DNA from: Schizochytrium sp. TIO01
Taxonomy: Eukaryota > Protista > Bigyra: Labyrinthulomycetes
Direction: 5' to 3'
Length of the DNA stretch: 64,000 nucleotides
NCBI GenBank assembly: GCA_004764695.1
Contig: SMSO01000010.1
Coordinates: 1-64,000 of the forward strand
Position numbers and translations under genes: made by a program. The notes beneath the pieces were generated by a model. That model saw nothing but the letters and a program-made list of their open reading frames with translations, made no database searches and was not told where the DNA came from. Shown here piece after piece: positions 1-10,565 of the stretch (positions within the stretch are counted from its first letter, which is position 1; every line of letters begins with the position of its first letter).

Positions 1-317
1 ACTACCCAAAACAAATGCCGGTTTGAAAACACCAAAACTCTTCATCATTATTACCTTTTCTTTCTCTGGACTCAAATAGCAAGCAAACATAATATTTGAA
101 GGGTCTTTTTTACTCACCGCTCTTGGTAGCGATAAGTATAAAGAACAGATGTCATAGCGCCGGTGACCAGCAAACACAACACAAGGTAAATGTTTCTGAA
201 TTGATTTATCTTAGGTGGCGGCATCTCTTCCTTTATTATTGGGTTTCGTCGCTTTAAAAAAAGGAGCACAAATTTATTTTGTCTTACAGAAGTTAGAGTT
301 ACTCAAAACCATACTTA

Positions 318-3236
318 TTGGATCTCATTATCATGGTTTCTACTACAGAAAAGTCTCAAGTATTTCAAAATGCTGTGAAAACAGCGGCAACAAACATGGG
401 TAAAGACAAGGCTGGAAGAGGATGCAACAAAAGTCTCGCGGCAGGTCGCCTGGGAGTGAAAGTTGACTGTCCTGACATGGCTCGTTTCGCACCAAGCGAC
501 AGGTCCAGCAGGTACACTCCTTTGCATGTAGATCGTCGCTTCGAATTTGCTGATGCAGAGAGTTTCGACTGGGGTACAGTGAACATGAGCAACGAAAAAA
601 CCATCAACCACCCTGCAGTTGATGAGGAGCACCCCTTTCTCACCCAAGAAATGTTCATGGAGGACCGCGATTCCTGGCTCACCGAAAACGTCGTGAAGAA
701 TGGAAAGCTACCTAAGGGCATGCGATACGCAGTTGACTGGCGCTACATTGGTGGCATCCCGCCAACTGCAAACGGACAGTTCAAGGAACGCTCTATTCGA
801 CGCTGGGTGCGGCCTGTTCAGACCAGCCAGTGCGGCAGTATCTGCACGCTCACAGGCATGCGCCAAGAAATGAGCTTGCATCGCTGTGCGCAGCTCGGTG
901 AGATGAGTCGCCACCGCAAGATTGCTAACGTACCCTACCTCTACACCAACCACTATAAGCACAAGTTCTACTACGCCAATTCTTACCACACCCAGCTAGC
1001 AAAGGACAATTTTGTGCGCGTAGGAAACGAGATTGTCAACGAAGATGACCCGCTAGAGACCTGGGTTGAAGTTAAGACAGACGAAGAAACAGGCGAGCTT
1101 ATCAATTATGACTACGCTCTCGACACCGAAGGCCAGAAGGCAGAGCGCAAGCTTGTGCAGTCAGTGGACAACGTTCTCAGCAAGGAAGAATTTAATTGGC
1201 CATCGAAGCGCGATGACCCCAAGGCGCAAGCTTCCCAGGTCTACACCAGTAATAAGGTCGATCCTTACTTTACTAAATTCGTAGACGAAGACTACAAGGT
1301 CCCTGATGGCCTGCAAATTGGCTCGGAAAAGGTCGACATCGAGGACTGGGTCCACCTTGCTCCTTACAACCCAGTGGGCAACTGCGCCGATCCATCCTGG
1401 AACCGCTACCGCAAGAGCCTGAAGAACTGGCGCAGCGACGGAAAGAATAAGTGGGGAGGCGGCAAGAATAAGAAGGGTGTCACACCTATTGAACTTCTGG
1501 CTTACAAGGGTGATGGCAAGTGGGAGCGCCACTTCCAGTCTAATAAGAAGGTTCGGAAGCAAGCACCTTTCAAGTCAGCTAAAGAGTTCGGAGGTGCAGT
1601 CGGTGCTACAAGTATGACTCGCAACTACAATTGGTCGTGGAGCACAAATGGCCGCACGCGCGAAAACCAGTACTCTATCCATTCTCCACTCTACGTCTGT
1701 AAGAACCAGGGAACCTTTTTGACAGGAGAAATGGCAGAAGCTTCACCAGCTATCTTCCTTGCCTGGGTACTTGATAACTACGGACCCGTGGTGCATTCGT
1801 TCGCTAATAGCACTTCTGGTGATAACTTTGCTGAACACTGGCGCCTCTCGGGAGGCACCATCAAGGAACTTGGCAAGATCCTCTACCCAGAGCTCATGCT
1901 CACCGGTTATAATGATGCAGTCGACCGCGCAGTCCGCGCCTCTCTCGACGGCTACACTACAGCAAACTACCTGAAGGGCGACGACATGCGCGCAGGTACT
2001 AACAGCGGACACACCTGTGTTTGTGTTGGTTATTACTTCTTGCCGGACGCCAAATCTTATGTCACCGATGAGGAGTCAGGAGAAACTGTGCTGCGCGATG
2101 ATCCTCAAATGGTATTTATTTACATGAATTCGCACTTTAACGCAGGAACTTTTCAAGGCATGCGTGGGTTTATCGTGCGCACAATGAGCCTCACGCACGG
2201 TGTGCTGGGTATCAACGAACTTCGCACAGGAATTCACCTCTGGAACCCAGAGGGACGCCCCATCAAGTACTTCTATGACGGCACTGCTTATGTCCCTGAC
2301 TCGCTGCCGCAGCACGCTGGTGGCTCTAACGAAGTCCGTGGTCTCTCGCCCTATGATTGGCGCCAGACAATCGACTACGATCAGTCTGGTCGCACGCGGG
2401 AGTTCGTCAAGGAAATGCGCCCCGAAGCTAGCTCAGAAGACACTAAGATGGACCGCGAAATCTTCGAACCACCCAAGTTCACTGCACGAGTTTCATCGGA
2501 GTATGACGGGTTCTTCGTATCACCAAACACACAGTGTGAAGGCAGCAAAGCCACCAAAACTTACCGCAGCACTGCAAATCTCGATAAAAAGATCAAAAAC
2601 TGCAAGGGTAAGTGCAAGTTTGTAGAAGTTGATGAAACAGCCAACACAGTCAAATTCTACCAATCCTGTGCACTTGCAAATGACGACACAGGCACAACCG
2701 TTTATGTAAACAACGACGTCAAGGACGCTCGCTCCCAGAACGGACTGCAGCGCACTATTGTTGACCAATATTATAACAACTTTCGCAGCATCTGCCGCTT
2801 CCAGCGAGGACCCTTCCCGGAGCACATCGAAGGATACCACACCGCAAATGGCCAGGGAGTCGAAGAAGTTATCAAGGAGGTCAGTGCTAGCACTGCAGAG
2901 AATTGCGCAACGAAGTGCAACGAGGACGAAAAGTGCACTCACTTCACCTGGGATGCAAGCTCACGCATGTGCGAATTCGGAACCGGACTCTATGCAGCAA
3001 CGCGCCGATCCTCTGTAAACCGCCCCACTTATGTAAAGTTCTCAAAGGATACCCCTATGACCAGTCCTCCTGTAGTGACAGGACCTCCTGAGGAGGAAGT
3101 CGAGGAAGAACCGGAAAGCGAAGACGAAGAGGTGAACGAACCTTGGATCGACGAGCTCAAGGAAGAGGTTGAACAAGGCGTCTGTGACCAAGAAGATATC
3201 GCCGAGGAGGAGGACGAGGAGGAGCCAGAAACCTGA
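318..3236 (+). CDS. Papain-like (C1A) cysteine peptidase with large insertion, C-terminal PAN/Apple domain(s) and acidic tail (ATG start probably 333 or 396)
   Basis: Papain motifs in order: LP..YAVDWR, VRPVQTSQCGSIC, YGPVV, GHTCVCVGY (catalytic His), YMNSH (catalytic Asn). PAN-like CATKCNEDEKCTHFTWD...C near the C-terminus. Confidence 0.75.
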   Translation: MDLIIMVSTTEKSQVFQNAVKTAATNMGKDKAGRGCNKSLAAGRLGVKVDCPDMARFAPSDRSSRYTPLHVDRRFEFADAESFDWGTVNMSNEKTINHPAVDEEHPFLTQEMFMEDRDSWLTENVVKNGKLPKGMRYAVDWRYIGGIPPTANGQFKERSIRRWVRPVQTSQCGSICTLTGMRQEMSLHRCAQLGEMSRHRKIANVPYLYTNHYKHKFYYANSYHTQLAKDNFVRVGNEIVNEDDPLETWVEVKTDEETGELINYDYALDTEGQKAERKLVQSVDNVLSKEEFNWPSKRDDPKAQASQVYTSNKVDPYFTKFVDEDYKVPDGLQIGSEKVDIEDWVHLAPYNPVGNCADPSWNRYRKSLKNWRSDGKNKWGGGKNKKGVTPIELLAYKGDGKWERHFQSNKKVRKQAPFKSAKEFGGAVGATSMTRNYNWSWSTNGRTRENQYSIHSPLYVCKNQGTFLTGEMAEASPAIFLAWVLDNYGPVVHSFANSTSGDNFAEHWRLSGGTIKELGKILYPELMLTGYNDAVDRAVRASLDGYTTANYLKGDDMRAGTNSGHTCVCVGYYFLPDAKSYVTDEESGETVLRDDPQMVFIYMNSHFNAGTFQGMRGFIVRTMSLTHGVLGINELRTGIHLWNPEGRPIKYFYDGTAYVPDSLPQHAGGSNEVRGLSPYDWRQTIDYDQSGRTREFVKEMRPEASSEDTKMDREIFEPPKFTARVSSEYDGFFVSPNTQCEGSKATKTYRSTANLDKKIKNCKGKCKFVEVDETANTVKFYQSCALANDDTGTTVYVNNDVKDARSQNGLQRTIVDQYYNNFRSICRFQRGPFPEHIEGYHTANGQGVEEVIKEVSASTAENCATKCNEDEKCTHFTWDASSRMCEFGTGLYAATRRSSVNRPTYVKFSKDTPMTSPPVVTGPPEEEVEEEPESEDEEVNEPWIDELKEEVEQGVCDQEDIAEEEDEEEPET

Positions 3237-3278
3237 AGAACTACTATTTTTTGTTAATACTTCTTGAATGCCCAGACT

Positions 3279-4370
3279 ATGATTAAAGCACAAGTCATCT
3301 TACTCGCGCTCAGCATCTTCATAGTTCTTACTGGAGCTGGACTTCTCATAGCTGGACAAAACATTACTAGCAGCAGGTCACTTGCAAGTGAAACAAGCGA
3401 AGCTACGACCAGTGACACTAGCACAACCAGCAGTTCTACAGAAGCATCTACTACTACTGCTGCTGCTGCTACGACCACTACTGCTGCTGCTACGACCACT
3501 GCTGCTGCTGCTACGACCACTGCTGCTACTGCTACAACCACTGCTGCTGCTACGACCACTGCTGCCCCAGTAGCAAGTGTGTGCAAAGTGATTGACGCAA
3601 GTCTAACACTCTGTGCTGGTGATGTCTATAAAATTAAAGACACACAGTTGGCTTCAAATGGACAGCAGCGGTACATGGAATATTCCAGCGACTGGAATGC
3701 AGGCTTACAAGGAAGCTGGCGTTATATCACTCTTTCAAGTGCAACAAACCCACAAGAGGACATGCAAGAAGTGACAATTAATATTACTGATTACGGAGTG
3801 CACTTTCTTGCTCCAAGCCTGGGCTATTTTATTGATGCGTCAATTGCTTATATTTATCAACTAGCAATTCTGAGAAACGTAGATGCCATAGAGACCAACG
3901 CTTTCAACGTTAGTTCTAACAACGGCGCTTACAGCATCAAGAGTTCCACCAGAAATAATTGGATACAACGCTACTACTCAAATAACAACATCGGATACGG
4001 CTCCGCGGGCAGCGATGCCTCTCTAGCAAACAGACGATGGACCTTTGAGCCAGTCACTCTCATGAGTCGCCAAGGAGCAAGGTTTGTTACTGACTCTAGC
4101 GAAGCAAACGACGAAGAAAACAAACAAAAGCTCAGAAGTACCTTCCTTATTTCAGGAGGTGTAATCGCTGGACTAGGAGCCCTCTCTCTTATTGGCTCAA
4201 TCGCGTGGATCATGATCACAGAAGACAAAACGCGACCACCACAGGAACAGCCACAACAGCCACAACAGCCCAAACAGCCCGAACAACCCAAACAAGGAAC
4301 CCAGAGCGGGTACATTGCGGCCCAAAAATCCTCGGCGCAAACATCTTTGCCAGGCGTAAGAATGTTTTAG
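3279..4370 (+). CDS. Double-hydrophobic-anchor membrane protein with Thr/Ala stalk and beta-rich domain (family member 1)
   Basis: N-terminal hydrophobic segment, SSRS, Thr/Ala repeats, CKVIDASLTLCAGDVYKIK, C-terminal TM. First ATG at 3279 (ORF track starts at TTG 3264). Confidence 0.85.
   Translation: MIKAQVILLALSIFIVLTGAGLLIAGQNITSSRSLASETSEATTSDTSTTSSSTEASTTTAAAATTTTAAATTTAAAATTTAATATTTAAATTTAAPVASVCKVIDASLTLCAGDVYKIKDTQLASNGQQRYMEYSSDWNAGLQGSWRYITLSSATNPQEDMQEVTINITDYGVHFLAPSLGYFIDASIAYIYQLAILRNVDAIETNAFNVSSNNGAYSIKSSTRNNWIQRYYSNNNIGYGSAGSDASLANRRWTFEPVTLMSRQGARFVTDSSEANDEENKQKLRSTFLISGGVIAGLGALSLIGSIAWIMITEDKTRPPQEQPQQPQQPKQPEQPKQGTQSGYIAAQKSSAQTSLPGVRMF
3448..3566 (+). repeat. Coding tandem repeat (~21-nt GCTGCTGCTACGACCACT-type units) encoding the TTTAAAA stalk
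   Basis: Directly visible near-identical units. Confidence 0.85.
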
Positions 4371-4404
4371 TAGAAATCATTATCATCAGATAGACAAACA
4401 CAGA

Positions 4405-5346
4405 ATGGACGAAACACCCCTAGATAAACCGCCTCATTCAAAGTTAAAACTTATCTCTATCTCGCTCCTGGCAGGCGGAACTATCGCTACTCTAACTGGA
4501 GCCATTGTCATTGGAGTTGGTCAAACGCAACAAAGCCGGAGCACGATAGAGGATGTCACAATCCCAATTACCACGGAAACAATTACAACAGCAGCTGCGA
4601 CGACAACTCCCGCTGTTACAACAACTAGCACCACCGAAACAACAACTGCTGCAGTCGTGACCATAGGACCAACGGCTCCCATCAGTAGCGACTGTTTTCA
4701 AGTCAGCAAGTTTACAACCTTCTGCTCCGGAGATACATTTAAGCTACACCATTACCTCTGGACAGAAAGAAATGGAGTCCAAAGCTTTCTTCAAGCCGCA
4801 GAACCCAAAGAATTAGATGGTTTCGGAGAAATCCAAACCCTGGAAATCGGAACCGCCCAATCCGACTCAGATAATAGACAACTGCTTCGACTCGAAGCCC
4901 GATCAGAAACACCAGTTGATCTCACCTGGAACCTATATATTAGCAACGGATTCCTCGCCGAATCCTCAGATTATTTAAACAAAATCTCGCCATTTGTAGT
5001 GCTGGACAAAGATAGAAACGATCCCATTCCTATTAAACTGGACTTTAAATCAGATGGGTCCGTGGATATCGTACACGGAAACACGGGCCAAGCCCTTGAA
5101 CTCGATACTCTGTTCGGCACTTGGTTGCCCCATTTCATAGATAAAACTACCGACACTGGCTTGTGGTATCTGATTCCACAAACTCTCGTTCCGAGGGCTG
5201 GCACAGTGCAAAACGCCAGTAGTTCAAACAAGGCACCAATCATTGTCGGGGCTATCTTATGCGGACTCGGAATTACCGCTCTAATTATAGGAGCAATTCT
5301 ACTCAAAAAATCAAATACACAAGTGCCTCAAGAAAACGGTAACTAG
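4405..5346 (+). CDS. Double-anchor membrane protein (family member 2)
   Basis: N-terminal TM, QSRS, Thr-rich stalk, CFQVSKFTTFCSGDTFKLH, C-terminal TM. Confidence 0.85.
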   Translation: MDETPLDKPPHSKLKLISISLLAGGTIATLTGAIVIGVGQTQQSRSTIEDVTIPITTETITTAAATTTPAVTTTSTTETTTAAVVTIGPTAPISSDCFQVSKFTTFCSGDTFKLHHYLWTERNGVQSFLQAAEPKELDGFGEIQTLEIGTAQSDSDNRQLLRLEARSETPVDLTWNLYISNGFLAESSDYLNKISPFVVLDKDRNDPIPIKLDFKSDGSVDIVHGNTGQALELDTLFGTWLPHFIDKTTDTGLWYLIPQTLVPRAGTVQNASSSNKAPIIVGAILCGLGITALIIGAILLKKSNTQVPQENGN

Positions 5347-5361
5347 ATACAATCAATTTGT

Positions 5362-5739
5362 TTATAGTGTAATTGTAAAGTCGATCTTTCTAAAGTCCTC
5401 TAGACTTGGAACTCTCTCCCCCCAACTTATTCTAAAGGAATTAAACCCCAGAGGAGATATAACAAAACCAAGTTCTTCTAAACGCCCCACTATCCTTTTC
5501 GAGCATTGTAAAACTAGTTTCTCTAGAATTTCGTTCCCAGCATAGTCCAATTTTTCGGAATAATACATCAATCTAATAAGGGTGTTCACCCCACCCCGTT
5601 GGGCAACATTTGTTATCAATTCTTCAATCGAACGCAGTTTCCACCGCAAATAATTTTCCAGTTCCTTGAGAATCAGAGCATTCACCTCGGCGGCGCTCAC
5701 TTTCAGTGCCGCGTCCATACAATCCTTGGCAGTAAACAT
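5362..5739 (-). CDS. Small viral hypothetical protein with L..LGF.I...F.ISW C-terminus
   Basis: ATG-started 125-aa ORF; C-terminus resembles that of 14207..14515. Confidence 0.6.
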   Translation of the reverse strand: MFTAKDCMDAALKVSAAEVNALILKELENYLRWKLRSIEELITNVAQRGGVNTLIRLMYYSEKLDYAGNEILEKLVLQCSKRIVGRLEELGFVISPLGFNSFRISWGERVPSLEDFRKIDFTITL

Positions 5740-6211
5740 CGTTTCACTACAGATAGATTCTTACTCTCTCTCTCTCTCCTTTCTCAACAAATAGAAAATA
5801 AAAAGATCGCTTTTTTCATTCTCTGTACTTTTAACTATTTACCAACCCGTGTTTCTTACATTGAACTATTTACCAACTTTCCTTTCACCATCTTTTAGTT
5901 CTTACTCCTTTTCTTCCTTAGCAAATAGGACCGAAAACCTTTGAAATTTCTTTAATCTATTAATAGTTTCAAACAAAACATACTATGAAAATCTCCAGTG
6001 TTTTTAATTTTAATTCTAAATAAAAACCCAAAATGTTTTAAAATTGGTTATTTGGCTTTACACACCCTTTCTTTATAAAGTGTGTAAAGCAGAACTTTCT
6101 AGGAACAAGTTTCCCTCTTTCAATCCCCTGAAAAGTGAATGGGTGCAAGCTAGCAAGCAAATCCCTAACTCAGAGCGCCTAGGAATACACAGGACGAGCA
6201 AACTCGCAAGG

Positions 6212-9133
6212 ATGGCGGATGGCGCAGCAAGCCGGGCGTGGCCTTCTCCACTTCACGATGTCCTCGCCAGCTATAAGAATGCGGAAAGCGCCGTGAAAGA
6301 GCTAACCAAAGATATCAACGATTTTTTGAAGATACTGAGAAGCGATGAGAAACTCAGCGAGCGACGAATTAAGATGTATGAAGAATCTTTGCAACAGACA
6401 CGGCTACAGTTGAACGAGGCACGAGATGAGCGGGATAACCTGAAGAGTTTTTATGCGGTGCTGTCACCGATCTCTGAGACCCTGGATGATACGTATCGGC
6501 ACATCAGAGACAACCCTAGACTATTCCTCGAACCCGTGCCAGTTTTCACGCCCGAAGGGAAGTTCGCGGAGCTTTTTCGCCCCGACGTCGGCATTCCGCT
6601 AAATCTCGCCTCCGGTAGCCCAGCCCCCGATTTCCTCACTCATGATCTTTTGGGGCGTTTTAACGAGAATTTCAAAAACTTTGACGAAATTGTTTCCGGT
6701 AATCACCAAACACTCATGAGCTTTTACGGCACCTCGGGCGCTGGAAAGACGAGATTGATTTTTGAGATTTTTGCTCGAAGCTACGGACTGTACTTCGTTG
6801 CTGCTGACAGCGCTACACTCAACCCAGGCAGCAGCGATATCGCAAGTCTTTACTTCGAGTTGGGGCGCTTTGTCAAAGAATCCACGCCACTTGAAAATGG
6901 TGAGCTTGCAAACTTCTACACAATCGCTCTGATATTCTGTAGACTGCTGGTTTTCTGCGCACTCAAGCACGCCCTCGGCACACATGGAAAGGTGCCTTCC
7001 GAGGAGCTTTGGCTTCGCGTACAGCTCGCACCACGGTACTACTTCGCTGGGGATGTGTTTAACGCACTGTTTTCTACACTTATTTCTGGCTTTAACGAGG
7101 ATTTGAGTATCTCAAACGCTGCAGAAGAACCTCGTCGTATACTGAAGAAATTAAAACCCATCTGGCGAAACATCCGTGACTTAGTTGAAGGTATCAAGTT
7201 TAATGTAGCCTTTGACGAAACACAAGTACTAGCCAAGAAATTTGTGGGCTTTTTTCACTCCTCTGAAGACCAAGATGAGAGGCGAAGTTTGCTCTCTCCG
7301 GTCTCCAAAACACTCACGTCCATGGTAGATACTTACAAACTCATTAATCACCCCATTTTCTCCGGAACGGGTTTTTCTATGGTCCACATTACAACACAAC
7401 TGTCCAGTGCGTCTGCAAAAGATACAAAGAACCCATCTTTGCATTACAAATTTCCCTCACTAGGCACAGCTAGCGTTGAACAATATATTGGGACTATTCT
7501 GGACTTAGACCAACTGAATGAACATGTTGTTCAGTACACATGCAAATGGCTCACAGGAAGACCCAGGTGGACAGTTGCATTTTTAGATATTCTACTGGGG
7601 AGAGAACTTCAATCGAGTGACCCAGAAGACCTCAACACGAGCTTCATTCAAGAGATACGTCGCTTCGTCGAAATCATGACACACCCGAACGCTTTTGATA
7701 CTATACCAGAGAATCAGCGCGAATCAAGAGCATCCTGGCGTTATAAAGCAAACTCCACCGCACTGACTGCAATCAAACGGATCAATCAGAACAAAAAAAA
7801 AATCCAAGATTTCCAAGATTTCCTAGATGCGCTCGTAACGCATCTCTTTACAGACAAACCCGTTTGTTTAAAGAATAAATCTGCACAGAAACTGGTTGAC
7901 GACGGAGTCTGTCAAGTCAGTTCGGTAACGGTCGAGGCATCACGAAGAGGCTATGTCCCAGATGGATTCTTTGTCAAACTTGATGAACCTCTGGTGCTTG
8001 AAGCAGCACTACAGAACTTTCTTAAGGAGGGAACCCTCCTCGAGTTTGTTGTCAGCAAGATTAGGGAGACGGCTTCGCAAGACTATATGGAGTACTATAC
8101 CATGCTATGTGCTTTCAAACACATGAATTCTACACTAGATGTGGCGAAGCAAATTATTATTCAGGACCATTCTGATCGCCGCGAAATGTTGTTTGATCAT
8201 CTTGAAATGCCCAAAAGATCGTCATTCGGAAAATTGGTGCGCAATTGTAGCAGAGACCAACAGGGAACGCTGAAATGGTTATCGGAAATGAACGGGTTTG
8301 CCTCGGAGGGCTTGATGGATTTGGTCGAACCCTTTTGTTACCCATTCGATGATTTCGGGGCAGATGTGATAACGATGATGCGTCGCACAACGGTACCGGA
8401 TCTAGCTAGCGATGAAGCGTTCGTCCCAGTCTTGATGCAAGTAAAATATCCAAATCGCGGAGAAAACGAAGTGACCAGAAGGGAACAAAATAAAAAAGCA
8501 CTACTAAGTGTATTTCCGGATCTGGCTTTCAGGGCGAAAAGGGCCAAGTTTGGGGGCTGCAACGGAGAGCAGTTTCCCATGTTTCACTGGACCAACCACA
8601 ATAAAAGGAAATTTCTTGAAATCCTTTCCGTGTGCAAGGATTTCTTCCGCGTTGATGAGCTGAACTATGACGAGGCCACCCCGCAGCGAAGGGCCGAAGC
8701 TGATGCAGAATGTGCATACATCCATAACATTAGACAAAACCAGAAGGAAGAGGCAAAAAAAGAACGAGAACAAAAAATGAATGAGTTATTCAAACGGGAT
8801 TTGGATTGGAGAACACGCCGTCGTCCTGTGATCATGATGGTTTGCCAGACAGAAGAGGCGAGTGATTTTCTGACCTCCTTCTTGAGTCACTCAAGAGAAA
8901 AAGATGGCCCGAGGCTCATTGCGGAATCAGATTCGCATGAACTTAGCCAAAGAATCACACGTCTCCACTGTCAAGAGCGGAACTGTGAACGGGAAATCCA
9001 CGACATTGTTTTGTCCATTGATGCTCGTGATGATAATTATGTTGCACATGCTTTCTTCTCGAACAGCGATTTTATCACAATTGCACAAAACGCGGTCACA
9101 GAGTACAGAGGGCGCCGATTGGACCAGCGATAA
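6212..9133 (+). CDS. Crinkler-type P-loop NTPase with C-terminal restriction-endonuclease-like domain
   Basis: Coiled coil, Walker A GTSGAGKT, Walker B-like FDETQ, SGTG, LTGRPR, EP motif, and GADV...LMQVK (D-QxK nuclease-like). First ATG at 6212. Confidence 0.7.
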   Translation: MADGAASRAWPSPLHDVLASYKNAESAVKELTKDINDFLKILRSDEKLSERRIKMYEESLQQTRLQLNEARDERDNLKSFYAVLSPISETLDDTYRHIRDNPRLFLEPVPVFTPEGKFAELFRPDVGIPLNLASGSPAPDFLTHDLLGRFNENFKNFDEIVSGNHQTLMSFYGTSGAGKTRLIFEIFARSYGLYFVAADSATLNPGSSDIASLYFELGRFVKESTPLENGELANFYTIALIFCRLLVFCALKHALGTHGKVPSEELWLRVQLAPRYYFAGDVFNALFSTLISGFNEDLSISNAAEEPRRILKKLKPIWRNIRDLVEGIKFNVAFDETQVLAKKFVGFFHSSEDQDERRSLLSPVSKTLTSMVDTYKLINHPIFSGTGFSMVHITTQLSSASAKDTKNPSLHYKFPSLGTASVEQYIGTILDLDQLNEHVVQYTCKWLTGRPRWTVAFLDILLGRELQSSDPEDLNTSFIQEIRRFVEIMTHPNAFDTIPENQRESRASWRYKANSTALTAIKRINQNKKKIQDFQDFLDALVTHLFTDKPVCLKNKSAQKLVDDGVCQVSSVTVEASRRGYVPDGFFVKLDEPLVLEAALQNFLKEGTLLEFVVSKIRETASQDYMEYYTMLCAFKHMNSTLDVAKQIIIQDHSDRREMLFDHLEMPKRSSFGKLVRNCSRDQQGTLKWLSEMNGFASEGLMDLVEPFCYPFDDFGADVITMMRRTTVPDLASDEAFVPVLMQVKYPNRGENEVTRREQNKKALLSVFPDLAFRAKRAKFGGCNGEQFPMFHWTNHNKRKFLEILSVCKDFFRVDELNYDEATPQRRAEADAECAYIHNIRQNQKEEAKKEREQKMNELFKRDLDWRTRRRPVIMMVCQTEEASDFLTSFLSHSREKDGPRLIAESDSHELSQRITRLHCQERNCEREIHDIVLSIDARDDNYVAHAFFSNSDFITIAQNAVTEYRGRRLDQR

Positions 9134-9173
9134 AAATTGTTGCTGTTTCTACCTAATAAAGTAAAAAATCTCA

Positions 9174-10265
9174 TTATTTTCGTTTGGGTTTATAAAATTT
9201 ACTCAAGTCACAGACCGAGGCGTAATCCAAAATGTGCCCATAAGGCAAGGCAAGGTCAAACAAGTAACAAGCTCTCTTACGTAGACGCCGGAGTTTCGCA
9301 CTCACTCTGTTCTTTTTTTCACCAGAACAATAAAGCTCAATCTTTGACAAATCTGACTGCACGCTTTCTTCTAGAGAACTCAAAGACCACCTGTTGGGGT
9401 CACTACAAGGAGTCACAGGAACCTTGCATTCGTGCAGGGCGGATACGAGTTGTATCAGCTTCTCAATTTTAACCAAATTTCGCTTGGCTCTTTGCCAAAT
9501 TCTGTTTACGGCAAAAAAGTGAAACTCCGTCTTATCAGGCGTGCGGATGCGAAAGCCCACTGTGTTGAAGTTCGCAGACTGGTCGTCAATAAATTTCTGG
9601 ATGACGGCTCCGGTACGGGGGTTTTCACCCAATAATTTATTAATGCGTATGCGCAGGGTTCGGAAGTTGACTAGAACAGGAGAAAGATGGTGCTCGAGGA
9701 AATATAAATACTTGTCAATATCTATATCATCCCAATAATAATATTTCATCCTAAGTCGTGATTTTGAGTCTTTGGGCACCAAAGGCAGGATCACCGAAAA
9801 AAACTCATCCAGTGACTTTGTTTCAACTTCGACGTGGCAAAGCTTGGGGAAAAAACTAAAGTATCCATGTTCGATTGTTTTTTCACCCCACTTGAAATCG
9901 TTGAGAATAAGTTTCTCGAGGGAGTCTTGGGACTTTTCACGAAGCACCTCCAAAACATCAAAGGGGTCGGGGCGTTCAGGCGAATCCATCTCAAAATGTT
10001 TCAATTTTCCACAGCGCCGGATCAACGTTAAAAAAAGCCTTGGGTTGTTCTCGAATCGAATTTTTATATCATACTCATTCGTGCATGGGCAAATTCTCAG
10101 ATAAGTCACACTATCCAGTACCAAATCAGAATTCACGATTACATCGAGACCGACGTAAGTAAGTATAACAAGGGAACTTGGGTCCGACGCCAGCTCAACT
10201 GTCACGCGGTGCAGTGCAAATTCCCTCCACGGGAGATGGTAAAACTCCTCAAGGACGCTCATCAA
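9174..10265 (-). CDS. Leucine-rich-repeat (RNI-like) hypothetical protein
   Basis: Repeating LxxLxL-like segments (VTYLRI, LKHFEM, LEKLIL, LCHVEV). Confidence 0.55.
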   Translation of the reverse strand: MMSVLEEFYHLPWREFALHRVTVELASDPSSLVILTYVGLDVIVNSDLVLDSVTYLRICPCTNEYDIKIRFENNPRLFLTLIRRCGKLKHFEMDSPERPDPFDVLEVLREKSQDSLEKLILNDFKWGEKTIEHGYFSFFPKLCHVEVETKSLDEFFSVILPLVPKDSKSRLRMKYYYWDDIDIDKYLYFLEHHLSPVLVNFRTLRIRINKLLGENPRTGAVIQKFIDDQSANFNTVGFRIRTPDKTEFHFFAVNRIWQRAKRNLVKIEKLIQLVSALHECKVPVTPCSDPNRWSLSSLEESVQSDLSKIELYCSGEKKNRVSAKLRRLRKRACYLFDLALPYGHILDYASVCDLSKFYKPKRK

Positions 10266-10565
10266 AGCCAGAATGCTCAGATCAAAACAGCCAGGCCCTA
10301 TTTGGGTTTTGCTTAATAAAACTTTCCTTCTGCTTCGTTTGCTTCAATTTTCTTAAAGAATAAAATCAACTAAAAGAAAAATTAAAAAATTTCGAAAAAA
10401 AAGTCTCCCCAATTTTTCTCTCGGCCAGATGGTAAGCCAAAAGTCGGGAGCCCTTTGCCGATTTTTTTTCTTTTAAGCAATTTAAAAATTTGCAAGAAAG
10501 AAAGCAAGAAAACAAAGACAGAGTAAAAAGAAAAGAATTAGTACGTACCTTCTTACTTAAGAACA

